IMG/VR virus record: IMGVR_UViG_2695420821_000010
Location: 1-38,726 of that record
Reading direction: 5' to 3' (one strand)
DNA: 38,726 nucleotides
Source: a virus
Lineage: Duplodnaviria > Heunggongvirae > Uroviricota > Caudoviricetes
The notes below the pieces were generated by a model. It ran no database searches and was not told where the DNA came from. It worked only from the letters and a program-made list of their open reading frames with translations. The translations under genes were made by a program, and so were the position numbers. Positions 16,121-24,578 of this stretch are shown one piece after another (position 1 is the first letter of the stretch; every line of letters starts with the position of its first letter).

Positions 16121-17403
16121 TATTTAGCCCTCACCAGAAAGTTAAATGCAATGTTACGTGGTCTGACGGCAATAAAATTAACCCCATCTCCTACTGAGTT
16201 ACTGGTGTACTGAAATCGAGAGAAACCTGGGTGGTGTGCTGATATCCCATCGTGATTATCAATCGAATGGCCGGACCCTTCTGGATAATTACCGCCAAAT
16301 TGCGATAAAGCTGTTGCTGCCTGCCAGCTTAATAATTCGCGACCACCGTCTGCACCTCGCCCGTCATCCCAGATACGAATGAAATCACCGCGGGCTTCAG
16401 GTAATACCAGCGAAGGAAACACTTTCGCCAGCACAGGATAATCAGTGGCAGAGAATTTCGCGCCGTTGAACTTCAAAAACACCATACTGGACCAGCTGTC
16501 GATTACAGTATTTGGCATTGCAGCGGACGGCCAGAAGAACGGAACGCCAATAGCTGGAGCACCTTCTCCCAAACCAAGGTATGCGAGAAGACCAGCTACA
16601 TCCTTTCCACTCAAATGAGTCAGCGTCTCATCCAGTGGCTGCTTACCTGACAGCGCATTGTTAATGGTGGTACTGAATTTCGGGTCATTGTTGATAGCTG
16701 CGGCAATTTCTTTCAGTGTGTCCAGCGTGTCAGGGGCACCGTTAATCAGAGCGGTAATAGCGGCCTGTACAAACGCAGTGGTCGCAATCCGCGTGGTGTT
16801 ATTTCCTGCGGCAGGCGTCGGCGCTTTTGGTTCTCCGGTAAATGTCGGATTATGTTTCTGTGCATACTGGGTATGAGGATCCTGTGCGGCAATGTGGTTT
16901 CTCATCTGGTCATCCACATACAGCTTTAACTCCAGAACTTCATCATCCACGTATTTACGGGTCGCCAGTACCACCGACGGGTCGATTTTCAGCGTGATGG
17001 CTTCGGTATTCGTGACAACCAGAATCATGCGGATAGTCTGGGTACGACCGCTGCCTTCCTGCAACTGCGGTTTGTACGTTTCCGGGCAGTTCGCCACCGC
17101 AATGAGTACGCCTTCATCATCATAAAGCCCAATCTCACGGATCCAGAATCCGCCCTCGTTCTCAGGGATGATTTGCTCCGCAATAATCTGGCTCTGGTTG
17201 TTCGGGTCAACACTCAGAAGATTCAGCGGTGCAATGCGTTTCTGATTAATCAGTTTTGTCTGTGCCGGGTCTGGTGTCGGCAAGACACCATTCGCATCAC
17301 CAACGGCCATTTGCGTCAGATTCAGCTTACTGCCGAGCATCGTCGCGTTAGCCAGCCGTGCTGCGCCCTGATTAGTCAGAATGGCGTAGTATTTCACTGT
17401 CAT
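16120..17403 (-). CDS. H: Tail fibre protein H (427 aa) with variable C-terminus A currently in the expressed orientation
   Basis: N-terminus MTVKYYAILTNQGAARLANA... resembles the conserved N-terminal domain of Mu S/P2 H tail fibres; C-terminal 140 aa identical to cassette A; followed by its chaperone. Confidence 0.88.
   Translation of the reverse strand: MTVKYYAILTNQGAARLANATMLGSKLNLTQMAVGDANGVLPTPDPAQTKLINQKRIAPLNLLSVDPNNQSQIIAEQIIPENEGGFWIREIGLYDDEGVLIAVANCPETYKPQLQEGSGRTQTIRMILVVTNTEAITLKIDPSVVLATRKYVDDEVLELKLYVDDQMRNHIAAQDPHTQYAQKHNPTFTGEPKAPTPAAGNNTTRIATTAFVQAAITALINGAPDTLDTLKEIAAAINNDPKFSTTINNALSGKQPLDETLTHLSGKDVAGLLAYLGLGEGAPAIGVPFFWPSAAMPNTVIDSWSSMVFLKFNGAKFSATDYPVLAKVFPSLVLPEARGDFIRIWDDGRGADGGRELLSWQAATALSQFGGNYPEGSGHSIDNHDGISAHHPGFSRFQYTSNSVGDGVNFIAVRPRNIAFNFLVRAK
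16564..16589. other. gix/hix-like inversion crossover site, site 4 (inside H at the constant/variable boundary)
   Basis: TTCTCCCAAACC-AA-GGTATGCGAGAA, a near-perfect 12-2-12 palindrome encoding the ...LGLGEGA... boundary of H. Confidence 0.6.
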
Positions 17404-18011
17404 GCGTTTACTCTCAGGTTATCAATTAAATGAATGGCCGAGGCCGGGAAATAATCCCCTCCGACAATAATGGCCTCCGGGGTGTAGGGATAAACCGTCA
17501 TGGCGTCGCCGTGATAGCATCCCGCACCGGCAAAAATGTTGCCGGTTGTACTTAAGCTGATAGCCAGTCCCGTCAGATGGCGGCTTGCCGGTTTTGCATC
17601 AGCAACGAGGCGCTCCAGCTCCTGATACATTTCCTCGGTAATACCCTGCTCAAGCACACCAACAACGATACGGAACGTCCCCGGCTCCTCGTTGAGCTGC
17701 CACCACTCCCTTACCTCAATCAGATAGCCGAGCGGCTCCACCACACGCCGGATTGCGCCTATAGTGCCCTTATGGCAGTGAATGAAATACGCATCGCGGA
17801 TAACAGCGCGTTTTGTCGCTTCCGGCCATTTATCATCCCAGCGGTCAACCGAAAATGACCACGCCAGCCACGGCAGCAGATTTGCCGGGCAGGTGTCCGG
17901 GTTCCACAGCTCACGAATACTGACCGGTGTTTTTTCAATTTCCGCACAGGCTTTTGCGGCGGCGACTTCAAGCGGCGATGAGCCAGTTGGCAGCAGTCGC
18001 GAATCACTCAT
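17400..18011 (-). CDS. I: Baseplate assembly protein I (gpI)
   Basis: 203-aa ORF between J and H; P2 order V-W-J-I-H. Confidence 0.85.
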   Translation of the reverse strand: MSDSRLLPTGSSPLEVAAAKACAEIEKTPVSIRELWNPDTCPANLLPWLAWSFSVDRWDDKWPEATKRAVIRDAYFIHCHKGTIGAIRRVVEPLGYLIEVREWWQLNEEPGTFRIVVGVLEQGITEEMYQELERLVADAKPASRHLTGLAISLSTTGNIFAGAGCYHGDAMTVYPYTPEAIIVGGDYFPASAIHLIDNLRVNA

Positions 18012-18912
18012 CCGAGCCTCCGGTCACGACGCTGTATTCGGTACAGAAAGACGCCTGCGTATTGTTGAGCACGATGTCGGCCAGTGGTGCAGCCAGTTCG
18101 ACACGCTGCACGCCTTCCACATGCAAAGCGGCATAAATGGCAGACAGACGGATGTCGCGCCCCAGCCGGTGCTGTGCCGTGATATACGCTTCCAGCTTTT
18201 TCACGGCGGCCGCGCGTATGGGTTCGCTTTCGGGACCAGGGTAAAGGTAAAGCGTGGCGTTTATCTGGTATTCAACGATGGCGGCAGACTGCACGGTCAC
18301 GCGGTCGGCCACCGGCCTGACGTCCTCGCCATTAAGGGCGTTACGCACCACCGCCAGCAGGTCTTCGGATGCGACACCGTTATTTTCACGTGACAGCACA
18401 GAGATGGTGACGCAGGCCGGAGACGGACTGGTGACAGAGATATCCGCGACACGCCCGTCGGCACTGCGACCATGATACTGATAGGCTCCCACTGACCCGG
18501 CGACGCTTAAACCTTCAAACGCCTGCTGAATACGCAGACGATAATCGGTGTCAGATTCCATCACTGCCGGTGTCGGCGGGATAGTCGAATCATCTGCCGG
18601 GGTGATAATCAGGCGCGTGGTGTTGTAATTGGCACCAATCACATCAAGGTCATTACCGGCGGCACAGGCCAGCATTACCGCCCGTGCGGCCTCATTCACA
18701 CGCTGACGCCAGATAAGCTCACGATAAGCATTTTCCTCCAGCAGTTTGACGAGAGGCTCAGATTCCAGCGTCAGGGTACGGGCGACCGCCTCCTGCTGGT
18801 CTTCCGGGTAAAGGGAAATCAGTGTCGCCTTGCGTTCGGCAAGAATGGTTTCAAAGTCCAGCTCCTCGACCACATCCGGTGCGGGTAGCTGGTTCAGGTC
18901 GATAATCGGCAT
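18004..18912 (-). CDS. J: Baseplate protein J (gpJ)
   Basis: 302-aa ORF; sequence recognised as P2 gpJ family; synteny. Confidence 0.88.
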   Translation of the reverse strand: MPIIDLNQLPAPDVVEELDFETILAERKATLISLYPEDQQEAVARTLTLESEPLVKLLEENAYRELIWRQRVNEAARAVMLACAAGNDLDVIGANYNTTRLIITPADDSTIPPTPAVMESDTDYRLRIQQAFEGLSVAGSVGAYQYHGRSADGRVADISVTSPSPACVTISVLSRENNGVASEDLLAVVRNALNGEDVRPVADRVTVQSAAIVEYQINATLYLYPGPESEPIRAAAVKKLEAYITAQHRLGRDIRLSAIYAALHVEGVQRVELAAPLADIVLNNTQASFCTEYSVVTGGSDE

Positions 18913-18916
18913 GGTT

Positions 18917-19264
18917 TCAACTCACAGGGATGGTTAACGAAAGTGGCTGGCCGGTGTCGTTGTGCTGGCCGGTTAACGTGACAGTCATTCGCCCGTCAAA
19001 ACTGCGCTCAGTGGTGACGGATGACAGGGTGACGCGGGGTTCCCATTTCAGCACCGCCATGTAACAGGTGACCTTAATCTGCAACTCAAGCGCCGGAGTC
19101 TGCGGCTGGTCAATCATTGACGCCAGCAACGAGCCGTAATCACGACGCATCACCCGTGAGCCGACCGGTGTGCGCAGGATATCGCCGATACTCTGGCTGA
19201 TATGCTCAAGGTCAGTGACAGTCAGGCCATCACTGCGATTCATTCCGAGATAACGCGCTGTCAT
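18917..19264 (-). CDS. W: Baseplate wedge protein W (gp25-like)
   Basis: 115-aa ORF; recognised as P2 gpW. Confidence 0.88.
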   Translation of the reverse strand: MTARYLGMNRSDGLTVTDLEHISQSIGDILRTPVGSRVMRRDYGSLLASMIDQPQTPALELQIKVTCYMAVLKWEPRVTLSSVTTERSFDGRMTVTLTGQHNDTGQPLSLTIPVS

Positions 19265-19896
19265 AGAGGACTCCCGGTTGTGCCGCCGCTGTCGCCGGGG
19301 TGTTTATGGGTATGCAGTACCTTACCGTTTGATGAGAGTTCACCGCCGGTATGCGCGATGTTGCCGCGCATCGTCCCGCCCTTCTGCACTTCCAGCGTGC
19401 CGGTAGTCAGTTTGTTGGTGCAGACCACTTCCGGTGTGTCCAGGGTGACGCGGGTTGATGCTTTCACCGTGACCACCGGCACCGTGGCAGTAACAGAATC
19501 AGAAGCCATCACGCTGGCCGTTTTAATTCCGCTTGCCGTGAGTGCACTGGTTTCGGGTTCATACTCAATCACCGCCCCGTCAGGGAAACGGATATGCAGG
19601 GCATCCTCCGACGCAGACGGCGCGGGGTTATCACTGGAATAAATCCCCGGCAGAACGAACGCCGTGTCGAGTTCACCGCCCACGGCCAGAATCAGCACCT
19701 GCTCCCCCACGGAAGGTGCCCACCATGTGCGCGAACGTCCGGCGCGATGGGTCAGCCACTGAAGCCAGTCGGTACACATGCCGCCGGTCTGCACACGGCA
19801 GCTACCGGCGTGAAGGTCGGTTTCGATGATAATGCCGGTGCGAATCATGTTGCGCAGTGCGCGCGCGAGTTCCTGAATATTTGCGAGAGTGTTCAT
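19261..19896 (-). CDS. V: Baseplate spike/assembly protein V
   Basis: 211-aa ORF beginning MNTLANIQELARALRNMIRTG as in P2 gpV. Confidence 0.88.
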   Translation of the reverse strand: MNTLANIQELARALRNMIRTGIIIETDLHAGSCRVQTGGMCTDWLQWLTHRAGRSRTWWAPSVGEQVLILAVGGELDTAFVLPGIYSSDNPAPSASEDALHIRFPDGAVIEYEPETSALTASGIKTASVMASDSVTATVPVVTVKASTRVTLDTPEVVCTNKLTTGTLEVQKGGTMRGNIAHTGGELSSNGKVLHTHKHPGDSGGTTGSPL

Positions 19897-19908
19897 AACG
19901 GGAAGGAT

Positions 19909-19930
19909 GCCGCTAGTTTACACTAGCGGC
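19909..19930. promoter_or_regulatory. Perfect 9-bp-stem hairpin in the 5' leader of V, just downstream of the cyclase moron
   Basis: GCCGCTAGT-TTAC-ACTAGCGGC about 13 nt upstream of the V start codon on the minus strand; no U-run on the transcribed strand, so not a canonical terminator. Confidence 0.4.
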
Positions 19931-19996
19931 AAATTTTGATGCTTTGGTGAGGTATGATACAACAGACTACATTCCCCCCCTCAAATAAATCACAAT

Positions 19997-21349
19997 TTAA
20001 TCGTTAATAAAAACTGAAAAACACCTCTCCCTTTCTATTAATTGATCCCCATTCCAAAAAGATACAAACATATAATGCAGTCCTTTGTAATGACAATCTT
20101 CCCAATGCTTAGCAAAATAACGCTCGCCAGTGTACCTTGCTACCTCATATGACTCATGATTACCCTTATTATCAACATTACCTGCATCAGGACCTGTATT
20201 TTCGACACGAAATTTGAACCTGGGATTAGAGTACTGTTCTTGTGAGTAATAGTACCCTTTAAATGAGATACCCATACCCTTTTTTATCATTCGAGAACAA
20301 CAAATATACTCATCATCAGACACATCATTTTCACTCTTCTTAAGCGTTGCTTTTACAATGAGTTTACCCCCCTCATCATTTATAGGCAGCAAATTACAAT
20401 AACGTTCGTTATCAAATACATATTGTCTGTAATTTATTGGTTTGCCTGAAGCATCTTTATAATTTGGGGTTAAATACAATTCCTTGTGTTCTACGCCATT
20501 GTTTCTGTTAATTTTATGTTTTAATTGAACATCATCAAGGCCTAATAACTCTACAAAACTTGCACCTATCATAATTGAGTTTTTAGGAGCTTTTTGCTGA
20601 AGTTTTGCCGCAACATCAACAAAAAAAGATGTCGCAGTCACTTCATGACTTTCCATATAGCCATATTTTGACCACACCACTTCCTCGTGAGGGCCATAGT
20701 CAAGACCAATTCTTATTCCTAAGTTTTCGTCAACTCCCAAATCACTCAATTTAGGTATAACAACCCCCTTGAACATTTCAATCAAAACAACGGCACAGTT
20801 TATTGCATCAATTGCACTGTCTGCGATCTTATTGTTTTTATATCGGTCATTACTTCGGAAAAATGCCATTACTGCATCACCCATAATTCTATGGACGTGA
20901 CCATCAAATGCATTCACTGTTTCGATCGCACATCTTATAATATCATTTTTGATTCTAAATACTATTTCTGGTGGAAAAACAACCCCAAGTTTAGTTGAGC
21001 CGATTATATCCATAAACATGGTAATGGAATAACCATTTCTCACCTCACCATCATCCATTTTATTAAAGTCCGGATGACATCCAAAACTTGTCATGAGTGG
21101 ACCGTGCTTGCCAAATTTATTTCTAACAATATCTTTCACCTGATAACTTTGAACATCAGCTCCACCTACATCTTTTTTCAATGAAATAGAACTTCTTACG
21201 AAACCAGAAGATTTACTTAAGCTCTCCGTGGCCAACTGTGTATTATCCACTGATTCAAATATAGCATCATGGACTGATTGCGATTTTGATTTTGAAATTA
21301 TCTCTTCCAGCCTTTCATCTAATACTGAATAAATACTCTTTATGGACAT
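19997..21349 (-). CDS. Class III nucleotidyl cyclase-domain protein (approx 450 aa) with unassigned N- and C-terminal domains; candidate Pycsar-like cyclase
   Basis: Cyclase motifs read in order in the translation: FMDIIGSTKL, RIMGDAVMAFF, IRIGLDYGP; start chosen at MSIKSIY (GAAGG Shine-Dalgarno 9 nt upstream) rather than the overlapping MWLL start of the ORF track; AT-rich moron. Confidence 0.7.
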   Translation of the reverse strand: MSIKSIYSVLDERLEEIISKSKSQSVHDAIFESVDNTQLATESLSKSSGFVRSSISLKKDVGGADVQSYQVKDIVRNKFGKHGPLMTSFGCHPDFNKMDDGEVRNGYSITMFMDIIGSTKLGVVFPPEIVFRIKNDIIRCAIETVNAFDGHVHRIMGDAVMAFFRSNDRYKNNKIADSAIDAINCAVVLIEMFKGVVIPKLSDLGVDENLGIRIGLDYGPHEEVVWSKYGYMESHEVTATSFFVDVAAKLQQKAPKNSIMIGASFVELLGLDDVQLKHKINRNNGVEHKELYLTPNYKDASGKPINYRQYVFDNERYCNLLPINDEGGKLIVKATLKKSENDVSDDEYICCSRMIKKGMGISFKGYYYSQEQYSNPRFKFRVENTGPDAGNVDNKGNHESYEVARYTGERYFAKHWEDCHYKGLHYMFVSFWNGDQLIERERCFSVFIND

Positions 21350-21359
21350 ACAAAAACCT

Positions 21360-21899
21360 TCACCAATTAGATAAAGCAACCACATATATTAAAAAACAAA
21401 GCACATAAACAGCCATTTTTATAAAGTCAATGGCTATGATTTGCATCTCATATTTGCTAGTTAATGCTCTGGAAAGAGTATAATTCAATGCAATTAACTG
21501 CTCCAACAACTCCAGATCACTCACTGACTTAAAACTACTAGAATAGCAATCAAGACTACTATAATAACTTGATATATCAACAAATGAAAAAGTATTCTCC
21601 TTATCACTCTTAGAGATATTTGGAGTAACACCTTTTAGAGAAAATAACAAAGAGATTACCAATAACCCAACTATTACAATCAATAAAAGAGAGAGAAAAA
21701 TCCTATCACTATCCACATCTACCAGACATATAACTTTGTCAAAATTTGCTATAATAGCAACAATTACAGCTGAAGCTAAGCTTAGTAATATCGTTGATTT
21801 AGTATTGGCTGAATTTAAATAAGAATCCGTCCGCGCGATTGTTTTCAGCACCAGTTCAATTTTCTTTACAACATCACCTTCATTCTTTTTACATGTCAC
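21360..21899 (-). CDS. Small integral membrane protein (3 predicted TM helices), putative effector partner of the cyclase
   Basis: 179-aa ORF with three strongly hydrophobic stretches; apparent GTG start preceded by GAAGG; ends 10 nt before the cyclase gene; AT-rich like its neighbour. Confidence 0.6.
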   Translation of the reverse strand: MTCKKNEGDVVKKIELVLKTIARTDSYLNSANTKSTILLSLASAVIVAIIANFDKVICLVDVDSDRIFLSLLLIVIVGLLVISLLFSLKGVTPNISKSDKENTFSFVDISSYYSSLDCYSSSFKSVSDLELLEQLIALNYTLSRALTSKYEMQIIAIDFIKMAVYVLCFLIYVVALSNW

Positions 21900-21914
21900 T
21901 TGTACTTTACCTTC

Positions 21915-22376
21915 CTATTCTCTGGATTTTTCCAGAAGACAATTAATGATCGTTGATTCTATAAAGTCAATATCATTATGTGAAAAACCAAGTAGTTTAC
22001 GTTCATCATACTTAATAGGTTTAACGTCGGGATTGGGTCTATCTTTTAAACCATACTGATGCACTCGCGCAATTCGTTGCACTCCGCTGGCAAACTCCAC
22101 CACCGCGGCACTCTCGCTACCGGTTGCTTTCATAAACCGGTTAGTGCGTAATTTCATAAACATTTCCCGCTTTATCCGGCCTTTCTTATTTCGTACTGGT
22201 TGGTTTTTTCTCGGTACATACGGCGTACCATCCGGGGCTTTTTGTAATTTAATTCGCTGCTGCTGGCGCTGGCGCAGCTTCTTCGCAATATCTACCGCCA
22301 GTCGACGACGCCCTGACGGTGACAGCGACTCAATCAGTCCGGTCAGCCGGTCTTCAAAACGCTTAAACTCATTCAT
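21915..22376 (-). CDS. S: Tail completion protein S
   Basis: 153-aa ORF recognised as P2 gpS; overlaps R. Confidence 0.88.
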   Translation of the reverse strand: MNEFKRFEDRLTGLIESLSPSGRRRLAVDIAKKLRQRQQQRIKLQKAPDGTPYVPRKNQPVRNKKGRIKREMFMKLRTNRFMKATGSESAAVVEFASGVQRIARVHQYGLKDRPNPDVKPIKYDERKLLGFSHNDIDFIESTIINCLLEKSRE

Positions 22377-22836
22377 CCCACTTGCTCACCAGTTCACCAT
22401 TGATATAAAGCTCCATCGGGCGGGTGACCGGCTCCGGCGGCGTGGGTTCCGGGATATTCTTCACATGCAGTGCGCCGTCCACCTCACTGACCAGCGTGCG
22501 CTCGGTCAGCATCAGGCTGATGCTGATATCAAAGCTGCTGTCATTGTTGATGTCCGCATAAAACGTGAAGCCCTTTTTCTGGCCTGCGTCGGTGGTCATG
22601 ATGTCGGGCTGATTTTCCCGCAGCCACGCCAGCACCGGCACGATGAGCAGGTCAAAATCACCGGTAAAGTCGGTCACAATCACATTGAGCGTGTAACGCT
22701 TTTCGAATGACAACGACGCCGCCAGCGTGGAGGCAATACTCCCGTTATCCACGAATATCCGCAGCATATCGGGGTTAGTTTTCAGCACCGTGACGGCATC
22801 AGTCAGCGCCCTGCGCAGGCTGTCGGGTTTGAGCAT
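22369..22836 (-). CDS. R: Tail completion protein R
   Basis: 155-aa ORF recognised as P2 gpR. Confidence 0.88.
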   Translation of the reverse strand: MLKPDSLRRALTDAVTVLKTNPDMLRIFVDNGSIASTLAASLSFEKRYTLNVIVTDFTGDFDLLIVPVLAWLRENQPDIMTTDAGQKKGFTFYADINNDSSFDISISLMLTERTLVSEVDGALHVKNIPEPTPPEPVTRPMELYINGELVSKWDE

Positions 22837-23089
22837 CGTTTTCGTCCTGACAGTGTTTAATCATTTTTACCTGGCTGGCACAGCGCGCCAGCGCGTTCTC
22901 AAGCTGCCGGATATCGGCACTTAAATCACCGTTCGTCTCCGGGTCGCTGCCTGGCATCGGGCAAAGACTCACTTTCGGGCAGGCGTTGTGGACAATCACT
23001 GGCATCGGTGCAGGCGGGACGCTGGTGCAACCGGCGCACAGCATCAGGCAGCTCAGCGCCATACCAGCGGCGAAAATCCTCGTTTTCAT
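22799..23089 (-). CDS. lysC: LysC, Rz1-like outer-membrane lipoprotein spanin (o-spanin), nested out of frame in the lysB/R overlap
   Basis: MKTRIFAAGMALSCLMLCAGC lipobox signal peptide, Pro-rich mature part; GAGG RBS; start set at the internal Met of ORF 22799..23206. Confidence 0.75.
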   Translation of the reverse strand: MKTRIFAAGMALSCLMLCAGCTSVPPAPMPVIVHNACPKVSLCPMPGSDPETNGDLSADIRQLENALARCASQVKMIKHCQDENDAQTRQPAQGAD

Positions 23090-23369
23090 TAAGTAACCTC
23101 GTGATGGTTTTCTCGCGCTGTGCTTCACGCTTCGCCGCGTTCTCCAGTTCCTGACGCAGTGCCACCTGCGCCAGCTCGTTTTTGTCTGCCCTGGTGAGTG
23201 CAACATGAAGCTGGTTTTTCAGCATGGTGATGGTCGTCTGCTGTTCACTGGCGACGTTGTTCGCCCTGTCCAGCGAGGCGCGCAGGCTGGCATTTTTATG
23301 TTTCACCAGAAACAGACCGGCCACCGCCAGCGATAACAACACGACCAGCACAGTCATCAGCTTTGACAT
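22926..23369 (-). CDS. lysB: LysB, Rz-like inner-membrane spanin (i-spanin)
   Basis: N-terminal TM helix followed by charged coiled-coil; position after lysA as in P2. Confidence 0.85.
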   Translation of the reverse strand: MSKLMTVLVVLLSLAVAGLFLVKHKNASLRASLDRANNVASEQQTTITMLKNQLHVALTRADKNELAQVALRQELENAAKREAQREKTITRLLNENEDFRRWYGAELPDAVRRLHQRPACTDASDCPQRLPESESLPDARQRPGDER

Positions 23370-23782
23370 GGTTCCCGCCCCTCAAAACGCTGACGGCAGG
23401 CCGTGCGTATCAACCGGAAGAACACCGACGCCACGAGGTAAATCAGCGCGGTAAAAATCCACCCGGCAGCGACCAGCGCGATAAACGTCGCCACCATCAC
23501 CACCAGAGCCGCCGCCCGTCTGCGCCACGGCACCGGCTGCAAAAACAGCGCCGTGACAATCTTCACGGCCAGCGATTCCAGCGGCAGCTCCCGCCCGTAG
23601 CGTTCCAGTACATACTCTGTGGCATACACGCCGACACCACCGGCAACCACACAGATAACCGTCGCCAGAATCGCCCAGGCGGCGACAAAATTGACGGCCA
23701 CGCTCTGCGGGTAAATCAGGGACAGTGCCAGCATCAGCGCCAGCGACACGTTCAGCATCAGTGAAAGGGATAATTTCTTCAT
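23357..23782 (-). CDS. lysA: LysA (lysis timing/antiholin-like membrane protein)
   Basis: 141-aa multi-TM protein following K, as in P2. Confidence 0.8.
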   Translation of the reverse strand: MKKLSLSLMLNVSLALMLALSLIYPQSVAVNFVAAWAILATVICVVAGGVGVYATEYVLERYGRELPLESLAVKIVTALFLQPVPWRRRAAALVVMVATFIALVAAGWIFTALIYLVASVFFRLIRTACRQRFEGREPCQS

Positions 23783-23796
23783 GGTGTTTACTCCGT

Positions 23797-24294
23797 TTAA
23801 GCCGGTACGCCGCCAGCGGTACGCCAGACGGTGACCAGTTTTTCCAGTGAATGCTCACGCTGACCGTAACCGGCACCCGGCAGGGACGCCCAGATATTGC
23901 GACAGCGTGAAATGGCGCGCTCAATGCGTCCTGCCTGGATGTCATCCAGTGCACCGCGTTCGCGGATCAACTGAATGGCGAGTCTGTCCTGTGACAACGG
24001 ACTGAAATCCGGCAGGGCAAGCTGTTTGCGGTAGTGCGGCCAGAACAGGTAAAGCTGCTGATAGCGACCGGATGCCGTGGATTTTTCACCGCGACGGTTA
24101 AACACTTTCGCCGGTCGGCCATGTGCGAACGGGTGGTCACTGTAGTCGGTGAAAATTTCCGGCTTTCCGTCCAGTCCGGTGACTATCACGTCATAGCCCC
24201 GGTTTTTCGTCAGCGGATGATTCGCCGTCCCTTCGGACACGGCCAGCATGTCGAGAAAGGCAGCGATATTCTGATGCGTGTTAATTACCGGCAT
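23797..24294 (-). CDS. K: Endolysin (lysozyme, gpK)
   Basis: 165-aa ORF recognised as P2 K family endolysin. Confidence 0.88.
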   Translation of the reverse strand: MPVINTHQNIAAFLDMLAVSEGTANHPLTKNRGYDVIVTGLDGKPEIFTDYSDHPFAHGRPAKVFNRRGEKSTASGRYQQLYLFWPHYRKQLALPDFSPLSQDRLAIQLIRERGALDDIQAGRIERAISRCRNIWASLPGAGYGQREHSLEKLVTVWRTAGGVPA

Positions 24295-24575
24295 TACTGT
24301 TTCCCCCTGCCCTTAAAACGGCGCTGAATGGCAATCTCAATCACCTGATAACCGGCGATACCCAGCATGGAGCCGATGCCGCACACCGCAGGCAGTGACA
24401 GGTCAGGGAACTGCACCAGAACAACACCGGCAACCATCGAGACAAAACCACCGAGCAACATGCGCCCGATAAACAGACGCGGGGTGATGGGTTCACCACC
24501 GGCAAGCACCTTGCCGACAACAATCAGCACCCCAATCATGAAAAGCGACAGGACGCTTTTTTCTTCTGCTGTCAT
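24294..24575 (-). CDS. Y: Holin (gpY)
   Basis: 93-aa protein with hydrophobic helices and charged C-terminus; precedes K. Confidence 0.88.
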   Translation of the reverse strand: MTAEEKSVLSLFMIGVLIVVGKVLAGGEPITPRLFIGRMLLGGFVSMVAGVVLVQFPDLSLPAVCGIGSMLGIAGYQVIEIAIQRRFKGRGKQ

Positions 24576-24578
24576 GCG

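Larger units (their letters stand above)
14844..16563. other. Invertible tail-fibre segment, copy 2 (canonical context: invertase - site - segment - site - H constant region)
   Basis: Reverse complement of segment copy 1; cassette A is fused in frame to the H constant region. Confidence 0.75.

Noticed and set aside
21360-21385. Overlapping MWLLYLIGEGFC start of the cyclase ORF
   Set aside because: No Shine-Dalgarno sequence and it would overlap the TM gene; the downstream MSIKSIY start has a GAAGG RBS and gives a clean 10-nt intergenic gap.
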